DNA of 64,000 bases from Pseudomonadota bacterium. Lineage in GTDB: Bacteria; Bdellovibrionota; UBA1018. The number at the start of each line of letters is the position of its first letter. Position 1 is the stretch's first letter. The notes under the pieces are model-generated. The model was not told where the DNA came from, did not search any database, and saw nothing but the letters and a program-made list of their open reading frames with translations. This document shows positions 46,917-56,448 of the stretch, one piece after another. The stretch lies in assembly GCA_027485695.1 (NCBI GenBank), contig JAIXQO010000004.1, positions 194,408-258,407 of the forward strand, read 5' to 3'. Position numbers and translations under genes: made by a program.

Positions 46917-48320
46917 TTAGAGCGTGATGTCATCCGATCGTTTTCCGCCGCCACTACCAAAAGACGGAGGAATCGGTGCACCTGGTGCATCTCCGGCCAA
47001 ATTCGCGAAGAGCGTAAACTCGCCAAGCCACGCCAAACGAACAGTACCGGTCTCACCGGCGCGGTGTTTGGCGATGATCAGTTCGCCGATGCCTCTATCC
47101 TCGGACTCTTTATTGTAAACTTCGTCGCGATAAACGAATCCGACGATGTCAGCATCCTGCTCAATAGCGCCCGATTCACGAAGATCGGAGAGCATCGGAC
47201 GTTTATCAGTACGCGCTTCTAGAGCACGAGAAAGCTGCGAAAGCGCAATAATCGGAACCCGCAGTTCCTTAGCGAGTGATTTCAGGTTTCGGCTGATCTC
47301 GGAAATCTCTCGTTCACGCGAGTTTTCACCTTTGGATGCTTTGGAGCCTTTCATCAACTGAAGGTAGTCTACGATGACCAGATCCAGGCGTTTTTCAACG
47401 GATTGCAAACGTCGGCAACGCGCGCGCATGTCCATGACCGTCAAATCACCAGAATCATCGATGAACAGTTTTGCTCTCGAGAGCTGGTCCGCGGCCGTGG
47501 CCAAACGGCCCCAATCTCGTTCAACTAAGCGACCGAGTTTCAGGCGCTTGGAGTCGATTCGAGCAGTACTCGCAATCATCCTCAGTCCGAGTTCCTCTTT
47601 GCTCATCTCGAGCGAAAACATCGCGACGACCGCTCCACCTTGGATCGCGGCGTTCTGCGCGGCTGAAACAACGAGCGAGGATTTACCCATTGCTGGTCGC
47701 CCACCGATGACGATGAGCTGGCCGCCATGCAGACCAGAAGTCATCTTATCGAACTCGGTGAAACCGGTCGAAAGCCCGGTGACGGCCGCGCCCTTGGAGG
47801 AAGCCTCCTCGATCGCATGCATGTTCTGAACAATGATCTCCTGCATGGAGGAGAATGATTTGGTCAGTTTGACGTCGGAAACGGAGAAAACTTTTTTCTC
47901 CGCTTCATCCAAGAACGCATCGACATCATCAACGCGGTCAAAGGCCGCTTCGGCGATCTCAGCGGATACGTCGATCATGCGACGAATGAGCGCCTTGTCG
48001 CGAATAATCTTGGCGTAATAGGCGACGTTTGAAATCGCAAAAGTGTCTTCGACCAGAGACGCGAGAAAACCGCTTCCACCGATGGAGTCGAACCATCCGC
48101 GATCGCGCAGACTGTTCGTCAACGTCACCAGGTCTAGCGGTTGTCCACGACTGGAGAGCTGCAGGAGGAGTTCGAATACTTTTTGGTGGGCGTCGAGGTA
48201 GAAGTCGCGGGGCTCAATGCCCACTTCGACGACGCGGTGGATGGACTCGTTATTGAGAAGGATGGCGCCCAATACGGAACGCTCGGCCTCTAAGTTATGC
48301 GGCGGAATTCTCATTGCCAA
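46917..48320 (-). CDS. dnaB: Replicative DNA helicase
   Basis: PPHNLEAERSVLG, GRPAMGKS, DYLQLM, ALSQLSR, SDLRESGAIEQDAD; no intein. Confidence 0.98.
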   Translation of the reverse strand: MAMRIPPHNLEAERSVLGAILLNNESIHRVVEVGIEPRDFYLDAHQKVFELLLQLSSRGQPLDLVTLTNSLRDRGWFDSIGGSGFLASLVEDTFAISNVAYYAKIIRDKALIRRMIDVSAEIAEAAFDRVDDVDAFLDEAEKKVFSVSDVKLTKSFSSMQEIIVQNMHAIEEASSKGAAVTGLSTGFTEFDKMTSGLHGGQLIVIGGRPAMGKSSLVVSAAQNAAIQGGAVVAMFSLEMSKEELGLRMIASTARIDSKRLKLGRLVERDWGRLATAADQLSRAKLFIDDSGDLTVMDMRARCRRLQSVEKRLDLVIVDYLQLMKGSKASKGENSREREISEISRNLKSLAKELRVPIIALSQLSRALEARTDKRPMLSDLRESGAIEQDADIVGFVYRDEVYNKESEDRGIGELIIAKHRAGETGTVRLAWLGEFTLFANLAGDAPGAPIPPSFGSGGGKRSDDITL

Positions 48321-48512
48321 GTTTACGGCCCCCCCGACCTAAGCTGATGCGTGATTCGCATCTCGAACTCTACGATTATCACAACGAGCGCACCGGCAGA
48401 ATGAGTCATTTTCTGAACAGAGGATGATTAGTCGATGTGCTCTACAAAAAATTCTCAGGACAGAGAACTTTCACGCGGAACGCGCCTGGCGGATTTTGGG
48501 CCAGGACGGCCC

Positions 48513-48557
48513 AAAACAAAAAGCAGAGAGGCATCCTCGTTTCCAAGGACGCCTCTC
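48513..48557 (-). terminator. Rho-independent terminator after rplI
   Basis: GAGAGGCGTCCT-loop-AGGATGCCTCTC stem, then a T-rich tail on the minus strand. Confidence 0.8.
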
Positions 48558-48584
48558 AAAAAGTTTCTCAACTGTATTCGAAGA

Positions 48585-49031
48585 TTACTCTTCTTTGACA
48601 ACCCAGACTTTGACCGGAGCGACGACGTCTTGGTCGAACTTCACCGTTACGTCGAAAACGCCGAGCGTCTTGATAGCTTGATCCAGCTGGATCATGCGCT
48701 TCTCAACCGAAACACCAGCTGCCTTGAGGGCGTCTGCAATGTCCGAAGTAGAAACGGAGCCGAAGAGTTTGTCGTTCTCGCCGACTTTGCGGGAGAGCGT
48801 GACTTTCGTATCGGAAATTTTCTTAGCGAGATCCTGGGAGACCGCACGTGCTGCGATGCGCTTCTTCTCAAGGATCTTCTTTTGATTTTCGATCTGCTTC
48901 ACGTTGTTCGCGTCAGCGAGAGCGACGAGTTTGCGTGGCAGAAGGAAGTTACGAGCGAAGCCTTCGGAAACGTTGACGACATCACCGATACGGCCCAGAT
49001 TTTCTACGTTCTCACGCAGGATGACTAACAT
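48585..49031 (-). CDS. rplI: 50S ribosomal protein L9
   Basis: VILRENVENLG..GDVVNV..GFARNFLLP, KLFGSV, IKTLG. Confidence 0.98.
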   Translation of the reverse strand: MLVILRENVENLGRIGDVVNVSEGFARNFLLPRKLVALADANNVKQIENQKKILEKKRIAARAVSQDLAKKISDTKVTLSRKVGENDKLFGSVSTSDIADALKAAGVSVEKRMIQLDQAIKTLGVFDVTVKFDQDVVAPVKVWVVKEE

Positions 49032-49043
49032 GGCGGAACTCCT

Positions 49044-49967
49044 TTAAAGTTTAGAATTTGATTGCCTGAATTTAGCCCGAAAGTCAAACCACTGATCAAA
49101 GAAACCCACCGATAACAGCAGGGGCATCATGAAAAAGATGACCAGCAAGAAGACCAACGAACGGAAAAAACCAAATAATCTGAAACGGTCGAAAAGGGAC
49201 GAGAGCACTGCTACGCCCTGAATCGCGAAGAACGCGAGCAAGATTTTAAGCCCGTTCAGCGCAATTACATAGGTTTTACCCTCAGCGAAGAGCACGATGC
49301 CCCAGAGAACCAGAGCCGGCCAGATCACGTAATCATTGAGTTTCCAGGCCTGAAGGGTCTCTCTCGTTTTGCCTACAGCACTCATCCGCCCTTTCGGGTT
49401 GAACTGAACAACGAAATGAATCGTCGCCCAAACGGACAAAAGCGCGGCGGTCCCGAATGAGGACGGAAGTGACTCCCAGGTCGCCTTTTTCCATTCCGCA
49501 ATCTCATCAGCGTTCATCAGGTTTTTCTGCCCCTGACCTTCGCTGAAGAGTTTTGCGAACTGATCCAAAGCGTCTCGGATCTCTTGCCCCACATGGATTC
49601 CCTGCACCCGGCTGAACACATAAATGCCGCCGAAAACGAAAACCAGTTGTGCGAGCCACGCAACGACCGTCGTCCGCTCGATCGTACCGGAGGGCCGAAC
49701 CAACATCGTCGGTACAACCAGCAAAAGCGGCAACGTCAGCGCTAAAAACAAATATGCAAGAGAAGGTTGGCCAGCGAAATAAATGATCGCCGAATTAGCT
49801 GCCAGCGAAACCGCAGCCCAGAGCGCGCCAAATTGGAACGCAGCCAGAAGCACCGGAAGCGGCGACAAGAACGCGAAAAATGCGCTCAAAAAAAGGGCGG
49901 CGCCCATGAATAGCGGCGTCGCCCGATACCAAGTTCTCAAGAATCCGACTACTCGGTTCCGATTCAC
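49044..49967 (-). CDS. DUF2232 (YybS-like) membrane protein
   Basis: Polytopic; QGVAV and GFFDQWFDFR; canonical position before rplI. Confidence 0.88.
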   Translation of the reverse strand: MNRNRVVGFLRTWYRATPLFMGAALFLSAFFAFLSPLPVLLAAFQFGALWAAVSLAANSAIIYFAGQPSLAYLFLALTLPLLLVVPTMLVRPSGTIERTTVVAWLAQLVFVFGGIYVFSRVQGIHVGQEIRDALDQFAKLFSEGQGQKNLMNADEIAEWKKATWESLPSSFGTAALLSVWATIHFVVQFNPKGRMSAVGKTRETLQAWKLNDYVIWPALVLWGIVLFAEGKTYVIALNGLKILLAFFAIQGVAVLSSLFDRFRLFGFFRSLVFLLVIFFMMPLLLSVGFFDQWFDFRAKFRQSNSKL

Positions 49968-49973
49968 CCGGAA

Positions 49974-50450
49974 TTACTCCTCCGAGGAGGAAGAATCCGA
50001 ATGGTCATCTCCGCCGCCACGCTCTTCAGCTTCGAAACGACGGCGTTCAGCCGCGCGCTCTTCACGGCGTGCTTCGCGCTCTTCTTCACGCTTCTTGGCT
50101 TGTGCCTTGAGGGTGTCTTTGCGCTTGGCGTACTCTTCGCCGTTGAATTCTTCGGCGACGTTCACGGAGAGGAAGCGGAGAACGTGTTCGTTGAGGCGCA
50201 GGTTACGCTCCATCTCAGAAACAACGTTGCCAGTTCCCGTGTACACGTAGTGCGTGTAGCGTCCGCGGGATTCTTTTTCAATTTTGTATGCGAGTTTACG
50301 GGTTCCCCAGTCTTCTTCAGAGACGAGGGCGCCTTTGTACTGGCCGACGACTTCTTTGAGCTTCTCTTGAAGCGCGCGGAGTTGGTCATCCGTCATTTCC
50401 GGACGGGTGATGAAAGTCGTTTCGTAACCAGCAAGAACAGTCTTAGCCAT
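49974..50450 (-). CDS. rpsF: 30S ribosomal protein S6 with charged C-terminal extension
   Basis: YETTFITRP, WGTRKLAYKIEK, ERNLRLNEHVLRFL; ATG 50450 follows an AAGGAAGG RBS. Confidence 0.96.
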   Translation of the reverse strand: MAKTVLAGYETTFITRPEMTDDQLRALQEKLKEVVGQYKGALVSEEDWGTRKLAYKIEKESRGRYTHYVYTGTGNVVSEMERNLRLNEHVLRFLSVNVAEEFNGEEYAKRKDTLKAQAKKREEEREARREERAAERRRFEAEERGGGDDHSDSSSSEE

Positions 50451-50535
50451 TTGTAATGCCTTCCTTATGGATGCAGGAGCTTCGGCGATGATCGCCGGAA
50501 ATCCGGAGCCCGCCAGGGAAATCCCGCGAGCAAGG
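50451..50535 (-). ncRNA. Putative S6:S18-binding rpsF leader RNA
   Basis: The minus strand reads CCTTGCTC...GGGCTCCG...CCATAAGGAAGG; the 5' CCTT can pair with the RBS and a CCG is present. Confidence 0.55.
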
Positions 50536-50680
50536 TTGAAAAGTCGAAGTCCGGACATTACCCGAAGAAGATGTGCTTTTCATCATTCTTTATTTTTTGC
50601 ATGATAAAATGGATAAATATTTGTTTTTATAAGACATTTTTAACCTTTACGAATTAAATAGTTATTCGCAATATAGGCAA

Positions 50681-51166
50681 ATGACCACGCAGGAATGGCA
50701 AAACTGGTTTAGCCAACACCTCAACTCCCCGAAAAACATCTCGCTTTCGTTCGAATCGAAATGGTTTGAGTCCCCGCCATTAGTCCTGCGTGCTTGGCTC
50801 GCGGAAAACCCCACTCAAATCCCAGTTGCTCGGCGATTTTTTCAGAAAATAGAAAAGACCCGATTCCGGGAGCCAAACGAAATGGCGCACTTATTCAAAA
50901 AATGGCGGTCACTGATTTTCGAAAAACTATCGAAACCCCCGACATTATCCCCTGACGCTCGCGAAGAGATCCTTCGTCAGCTTCTGAGAGATCGCGAACG
51001 AATCACGGTAGAGGACTACCTCACCGCGCTCGGGCCGACTGTCACTCGCCGTGTCGCACAACTCGATCTACAAACTTTTCCATTTTTGAAAAAACGCGGG
51101 AAAACTCAAGCTCGCTTCTATGTGAGATCTCCGATCCCTCGCGGACTACGCCGACCCTCTTTCTGA
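50681..51166 (+). CDS. Hypothetical protein with C-terminal winged-HTH-like segment
   Basis: RERITVEDY...VTRRVAQLDL...LKKRGKTQARFY. Confidence 0.65.
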   Translation: MTTQEWQNWFSQHLNSPKNISLSFESKWFESPPLVLRAWLAENPTQIPVARRFFQKIEKTRFREPNEMAHLFKKWRSLIFEKLSKPPTLSPDAREEILRQLLRDRERITVEDYLTALGPTVTRRVAQLDLQTFPFLKKRGKTQARFYVRSPIPRGLRRPSF

Positions 51167-51183
51167 GGGGGAAAAATGGGATT

Positions 51184-52503
51184 TCAACGGACCTTAAAAA
51201 CACCATCCGTCAATTCACGATCAAGCTCCTGAATCCGCTCCATCACACCAGGCGTTCGGAAACCTGGTAAAAGTTCACTCAATTTCCCCCAGTGATCGGC
51301 CATCCACGCAGACGATGCTTGAAATACTCCTGACTGAAACACAGCCATCGAATGATGCTTTAAGAACTCCCGTGAAGACATCTTCATGATCGAGTAAGGT
51401 GTTCCGGCGTATTCACCATTCACTCCAATTGGTCGAAACCCCATTTGCGAAAAGAGTCGCTGGTGGACTCCATCTGCCTGAATATAGAGTTGAGTTCGTG
51501 GGCCAGCGGCAAACATCGCAGAAATCTGGGCCCAGTCGGTGACCGATGCTTCGACGACCTTGTTCTTTTTGATCACGAGTCGACCCGGCTCTGATGCCAA
51601 CTCCCCTTCTACTCGTGGCGCTCGCATTTTAGAAATGAGTTCAAACGGCAACAGCTCATCAGGCGAAAATGAGTAAACCAGAGAAACGCCACTCTCGATC
51701 TCAAAATGTTCCGGCAATTCGGTGTAAAACGAATGTTGCGCTCGCGGCAGGATGGCTGGATTCACGCCGGTATATAGCGGAAGCGCTGGGTTGAGTTCGG
51801 GATAATTCACGATGGGCGAATGGGTCTTCACCATCAAGAGAGTTCGACTCTCGGTTTTTTCTGATGCTTCGCGGAGTTTAGCTGCGTCCGCCTCGCTGAT
51901 TTTCAAGCGTTCATAATAAGTAGAAAACACCTGATTTCGATAGTCGCTCACTAAATTGCGGTAAGCTGCAGGTGCAGTTTCCGGAAGCGGTCCTGCTGCG
52001 AGATTCAAGAAAAAATAGGTGGTCGGTTTTTTGGCATTCGTTTGGGTCTGAAAAACAATGCCCTTGAATCCATCAGGCATTTGGAAATGATGCCCTTTTC
52101 GAATGAAATCCCAGAACACTAGCTGGATATGATCTTCGATCGCTTGATGACTGGTTTGAACTGTCACTTGGAATAGTCCGTGTCGAAAAGTCGCCTGTAA
52201 ACTGAGGTTGCCGGCTTCGGTCGAAAATGCAGATTTATTAAAAGAGTCTCCCCCAGCCGTACGGAACATGATCCGTAGCAATTGATCCGAGTCCAGCGGC
52301 TGAAGCATAAACGGCCCTAAGGCGACCTTCCCGAACATCTGCCCAAATGCTGCTTCGGGATATTGAAGCACGGACCTGCAAAACTTCTCGAAATCTGTCG
52401 CGGCAGCCAACGGCGAAAGAAGCGCCGCCGTCGCACCAAACCATCCGATCAAAATTCGAATCGTTCGAAACCCCATCATTGGCTTTTCGGAAATCCCGAA
52501 CAT
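51184..52503 (-). CDS. Secreted hypothetical protein with possible C-terminal GNAT-like domain
   Basis: Signal-peptide-like N-terminus; LPFE...EPGRLVI...LYIQAD..HQRLFSQMGF pattern. Confidence 0.6.
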   Translation of the reverse strand: MFGISEKPMMGFRTIRILIGWFGATAALLSPLAAATDFEKFCRSVLQYPEAAFGQMFGKVALGPFMLQPLDSDQLLRIMFRTAGGDSFNKSAFSTEAGNLSLQATFRHGLFQVTVQTSHQAIEDHIQLVFWDFIRKGHHFQMPDGFKGIVFQTQTNAKKPTTYFFLNLAAGPLPETAPAAYRNLVSDYRNQVFSTYYERLKISEADAAKLREASEKTESRTLLMVKTHSPIVNYPELNPALPLYTGVNPAILPRAQHSFYTELPEHFEIESGVSLVYSFSPDELLPFELISKMRAPRVEGELASEPGRLVIKKNKVVEASVTDWAQISAMFAAGPRTQLYIQADGVHQRLFSQMGFRPIGVNGEYAGTPYSIMKMSSREFLKHHSMAVFQSGVFQASSAWMADHWGKLSELLPGFRTPGVMERIQELDRELTDGVFKVR

Positions 52504-52512
52504 TCGATTGAA

Positions 52513-53157
52513 CTATTGGTCAAAAACCTGCGCGGAGTTCTCTAGAACCGCCAATAATTCGACGATTTCTGAGATCGTCTGCTCCATCCACTGCTCAGAC
52601 GTGATCCCGTGGTCCATCGTGAAATACCTCTGAATGGCGAAAAAATAAGTGCGATACAAAATTTCGGACTTTTTTCGAGCTACCGATGCCCGTACTCCCG
52701 GCTCGTGCTCCAGGAAAATATTCTCCAGTCTGCGAACAGCATGCGCATAAAACTGGGTATTGAGTCTCCTCAGTCGACGATCAATCGAGGCGTGATGATA
52801 GAACAGGATGAAGCATCGATAGTAGTGCTTGTGCCGCAGGAAAAAATTCAGATTGCTTCGGACGATGTTCAGAACTTGGTCTTCGGTCGAGGACTCTCGA
52901 TGACCCATCGATGAATCAATCGATTTCAGACCGACTTGCGCGATATAGAGAACGACTTTTTCGAACAGAAGTTCTTTCTTCGGAAAATAGTGAGCAACCA
53001 ATGCTCGACTCGTACCCGCTTGTTTAGCGATCTCAGTGATAGAAGCATTTTCCAGGCCTAAGTTCCCGATACAAAAGGCACTAGCTTCGAGAAGATTCTC
53101 CTCGGTCCTCACTGATTTCTGCGTTTTTACGGGTGGCGTTTTTTTCTGCGATTTCAA
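52513..53157 (-). CDS. TetR/AcrR family regulator
   Basis: GLENASITEIAKQAGTSRALVAHYFPKKELL HTH. Confidence 0.93.
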   Translation of the reverse strand: MKSQKKTPPVKTQKSVRTEENLLEASAFCIGNLGLENASITEIAKQAGTSRALVAHYFPKKELLFEKVVLYIAQVGLKSIDSSMGHRESSTEDQVLNIVRSNLNFFLRHKHYYRCFILFYHHASIDRRLRRLNTQFYAHAVRRLENIFLEHEPGVRASVARKKSEILYRTYFFAIQRYFTMDHGITSEQWMEQTISEIVELLAVLENSAQVFDQ

Positions 53158-53224
53158 CCAAGGCTCCCTTCCTGAGAAATAAACGAGTAATCGAAGTGTT
53201 TCGCTTATTTCCCATTCTATTTCA

Positions 53225-53246
53225 TTTTTGAACGATTGTTCAAAAA
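53225..53246. promoter_or_regulatory. TetR operator 1
   Basis: TTTTTGAAC-GATT-GTTCAAAAA inverted repeat; overlaps the -35 of a TTGAAC-18-TAGAAT promoter facing tetR. Confidence 0.8.
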
Positions 53247-53293
53247 CATTTTGACGCTATCGGTCATCAGAATATATCTAACCACTATGTAAC

Positions 53294-53307
53294 TGAACGA
53301 TTGTTCA
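53294..53307. promoter_or_regulatory. TetR operator 2
   Basis: TGAACGATTGTTCA, identical to the core of operator 1 (53229-53242). Confidence 0.8.
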
Positions 53308-53336
53308 ATTTTAGTCTCAACCCCAAGGAGTCTCCT

Positions 53337-53843
53337 ATGAAAAACGTTATCCTCTCTGTATGCGCACTGATCGTCACACTGACCGGGGCTACCTCAAGCG
53401 CCCGCTCGGAAATGGTCGACGAATCGATGGCCAAACCCTATAAATTTGAATGTTTTCTGATCCAGAGAAAAGTCCCGACCAAACGTGAGTTCGTTTGTTT
53501 CTCCGGCACAACGAATCAGCCCATGCCCTATGATCTGAGCGAACTTTTCATGGTGGACCTGGACGCCGCCAATCAAATTGTTTCCGGGTTCAAATTTAAA
53601 TTCACGCTCGAAGAAGCCGGGTTCGCAAAATGCCCAGGATGCGCTTTATATGACACCATTCCAGCTGCCAATGCACCGCAGCTGGTCGTCAAAGGAGCCA
53701 CTCTCCAGCATATCGAACTTCGCTTTCTCAATGGTGGCCAAATAACGACGTATTTCCAGGGTGGTCTCAAGTTTACCTATGAGCTCATCCCGGCAAATTC
53801 GAATGAGACCGCCTACATTTACCGCATGTTCTTTGGGCAATAG
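53337..53843 (+). CDS. Secreted hypothetical protein divergent from tetR
   Basis: AAGGAG RBS, ATG 53337, signal peptide MKNVILSVCALIVTLTGATSSA, CPGC motif. Confidence 0.8.
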   Translation: MKNVILSVCALIVTLTGATSSARSEMVDESMAKPYKFECFLIQRKVPTKREFVCFSGTTNQPMPYDLSELFMVDLDAANQIVSGFKFKFTLEEAGFAKCPGCALYDTIPAANAPQLVVKGATLQHIELRFLNGGQITTYFQGGLKFTYELIPANSNETAYIYRMFFGQ

Positions 53844-53965
53844 ATCCCATCACAATCTATTCAAACACGTGTACTTCGATGCGCTACGCGGAAAGTTCGA
53901 ATAGATCTAAATTTTCCCAATTTTTTACAGTTAATCATGAATTCAACTACAACAAAGGAATCACC

Positions 53966-54451
53966 GTGAAAAACAAACTTTTTGCCCTTCTAACAATAGC
54001 TATCATGAACTCAACCTCCAGCTGGGCCTGCATGGGCGGAAGCTATGAAATTCAAATTCCAGAATACGGGAAATGCGTGCTCAACGCGGACGGAATTTCT
54101 TGCGGAGGTAAGTCTCTCCCGATGATGTATATCGATGACATTGGCGACATGAGCGATATGAAATTTGCGGATATCCGTTATCAACAGTGGGGTACGATTC
54201 AACTGATGTACAACACCAATCAACGCCGAGCCAACAACCCAAACGGACTCAAATGGGTGGCACTGGGCTCACTCGATGATGCCAATATTTTCTCGATCTT
54301 CGAACTCTACGAGAACAATCAGCGCAAGGTGATCAAACTTGAATCGAATCGGGCGCCCGGTGGAGGAGCGTACCGCAGTTTTTCCCCCGCCGCGAACAAG
54401 GGAGCCGGTAAAATCTACGGAATCTCGTACGACGCCGATATAGGCTGCTAA
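53966..54451 (+). CDS. Secreted hypothetical protein
   Basis: AAAGGA RBS, GTG 53966, signal peptide ending SSWA-C; Cys residues. Confidence 0.75.
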   Translation: MKNKLFALLTIAIMNSTSSWACMGGSYEIQIPEYGKCVLNADGISCGGKSLPMMYIDDIGDMSDMKFADIRYQQWGTIQLMYNTNQRRANNPNGLKWVALGSLDDANIFSIFELYENNQRKVIKLESNRAPGGGAYRSFSPAANKGAGKIYGISYDADIGC

Positions 54452-54505
54452 TTGCCGTTCATTCACTGAGGTCTAGACGAACGATGAAAATCGGCGCTCT
54501 AGACC

Positions 54506-54742
54506 TCATTTTTTTACTGATTCGGACGCTGGTTTTCGGCTTGAGTCAGCGGGGAGAGACTCCATTGGCCGTGGTGTCTTTTTGGCTTTTGCCTGGGCAG
54601 GTTTGCGCTTGGTCACAGGTGCGTCGATGGCGTCGAAGAACTCTTCCACGTGACTACCCACGTTGTCCGATTCGGCGCGCGAATAAGACATCCAACCAAA
54701 ACTCGACACCACTAGAAGAAAAACAAAACCTAGGTAATACAC
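54506..54742 (-). CDS. Small exported hypothetical protein
   Basis: Hydrophobic N-terminus with a basic low-complexity tail; fills the gap downstream of tatC. Confidence 0.45.
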   Translation of the reverse strand: MYYLGFVFLLVVSSFGWMSYSRAESDNVGSHVEEFFDAIDAPVTKRKPAQAKAKKTPRPMESLPADSSRKPASESVKK

Positions 54743-54929
54743 ACTCTCAGTATAAACCCACCCGAGTTGCCGCGCTAGGCGCGGATTACGGGAACTTTCG
54801 ATTTCCTCTCCGCCCCCAAAACTGCGTCAAAAAAGGGCGCCACTTATAAATGATTTGAACGATTCACCGAGGAATTTTCGGCAAAAACAGTGTCATTCTT
54901 GACATGACTTCCTGAGGAAATCACTTCGT

Positions 54930-55721
54930 TCAGTAATCGGATTTGCCTTCGAGCGGGTTTTTCTCCGCTGGCACTGTCGCGTCGACCTTGCGCTTGCGTC
55001 CGATCGCGTGGACGACCCAAATGGATCCTTCGTACATGAGGATCAATGGCGCCATGAGGATCAACATCGAAACCGCGTCCGGTGGCGCAAACAGCGCCGA
55101 AACCACGGTAATTCCGATAATCGCATTCCGACGGTGCGTCTTCAGAAACTGAGAGTCGACCAATCCAAGCACGCCGGCCAGTACGATGAATACCGGTAGC
55201 TCGAAGCCCAGTCCAAAAAGCAGCATCAGCTTCAAACAAGTCGAGTAATAAGAATCGATCGTCAACATCGGGACGTCAGCTGGGCCGCCGTAAGTGACGA
55301 AGAACTTGAAGCCAACGGGAAACAACACGTAATACGCAAAGAGCGCACCGCCCACAAAAAACACCGTCGCGGCAGAAATGAATGGGATGACGAGCTTCTT
55401 CTCGCGCTCCCGTAGCCCCGGCGAAATGAACGACCAGAGCTCATAGAAAAAATAGGGCGAGAACAGGAAGACCGACAGGTAGCCTGCGATCTTCAGATGC
55501 GTGAAAAAGTTTTCAAAAAGAGAGGTGAAATAGAGGTTCTGCTTCTCGACCGGCAAAACCTCAAAAAGCGGGGCGCGCAGCCAAGCCATGACGGGCTCGG
55601 AGAAATAGTAGCCTCCGCCGAATCCGATCACGAATGCATACAACATCCGCATCAAACGCGCGCGGAGTTCGTCGAAGTGATCGAAAAAACTCATTCTCTT
55701 TTCTTGATCATGGGGCAACAT
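54930..55721 (-). CDS. tatC: Twin-arginine translocase subunit TatC
   Basis: DHFDELRARL, WSFISPGL..RE, FGLGFELP, APPD. Confidence 0.96.
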   Translation of the reverse strand: MLPHDQEKRMSFFDHFDELRARLMRMLYAFVIGFGGGYYFSEPVMAWLRAPLFEVLPVEKQNLYFTSLFENFFTHLKIAGYLSVFLFSPYFFYELWSFISPGLREREKKLVIPFISAATVFFVGGALFAYYVLFPVGFKFFVTYGGPADVPMLTIDSYYSTCLKLMLLFGLGFELPVFIVLAGVLGLVDSQFLKTHRRNAIIGITVVSALFAPPDAVSMLILMAPLILMYEGSIWVVHAIGRKRKVDATVPAEKNPLEGKSDY

Positions 55722-55747
55722 AGGGTCTACCTAGGAGACTATCAACG

Positions 55748-56422
55748 ATGACCGACAATGAAAACCCGAAGAAAGGTCCGAGCGCAAATAACCCGAATCG
55801 CAAAAAACTCGCTGTCGCAGGCCTGACTTTACTTCTGGTTGGGTTGATCGCGACTTTTTACCTTCGCTACGTGCGCGAAGAGCCGCTTTTCCCGCCGACC
55901 TCGACCTCCGCCCCTGCCCCAGCGCCCGAAAATGAGGTCGTGGCAAGTGATCAGGTCATCCAAAAACTCGAGACCGATGACAAAGGCGTGTCCCTTATTC
56001 ATGGAAAATTCGAGACCACCCAAGGGGTCATTGAGATTCGTTTCTTTCCCAAAGATGCTCCGAACACGGTCCGACGAATCGTCGAGTTAATGAAATCAGG
56101 TTTCTACAACGGGATTAAATTTCACCGGGTCGTACCCGATTTTGTCGTCCAAGGCGGCGATCCTACCGGCACCGGCGGCGGGGGAAGCGGCCAGAAACTC
56201 AAAGCCGAGTTCAACCAACGCAAACACAAACCAGGCTCTATTGCCATGGCTCGAACTCCGGATCCCGATTCGGCGGACAGCCAGTTCTACATTTGCCTAA
56301 ACGACCTCCCGCAGCTCGACGGCGCCTACACGGTCTTCGGCCAGGTGGTCAAAGGTATGGACGTCGTCAAGAAGATCAAAATGGGCGACAAGATCATCCG
56401 GTCGAGTATCATCACTCGATAG
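55748..56422 (+). CDS. Membrane-anchored cyclophilin-type PPIase
   Basis: DAPNTV, FYNGIKFHRVVPDFVVQGGDP, AMAR, SQFYI, YTVFGQV. Confidence 0.95.
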   Translation: MTDNENPKKGPSANNPNRKKLAVAGLTLLLVGLIATFYLRYVREEPLFPPTSTSAPAPAPENEVVASDQVIQKLETDDKGVSLIHGKFETTQGVIEIRFFPKDAPNTVRRIVELMKSGFYNGIKFHRVVPDFVVQGGDPTGTGGGGSGQKLKAEFNQRKHKPGSIAMARTPDPDSADSQFYICLNDLPQLDGAYTVFGQVVKGMDVVKKIKMGDKIIRSSIITR

Positions 56423-56448
56423 TGACGTCGGTCAGTTCCGAGCTTTCT

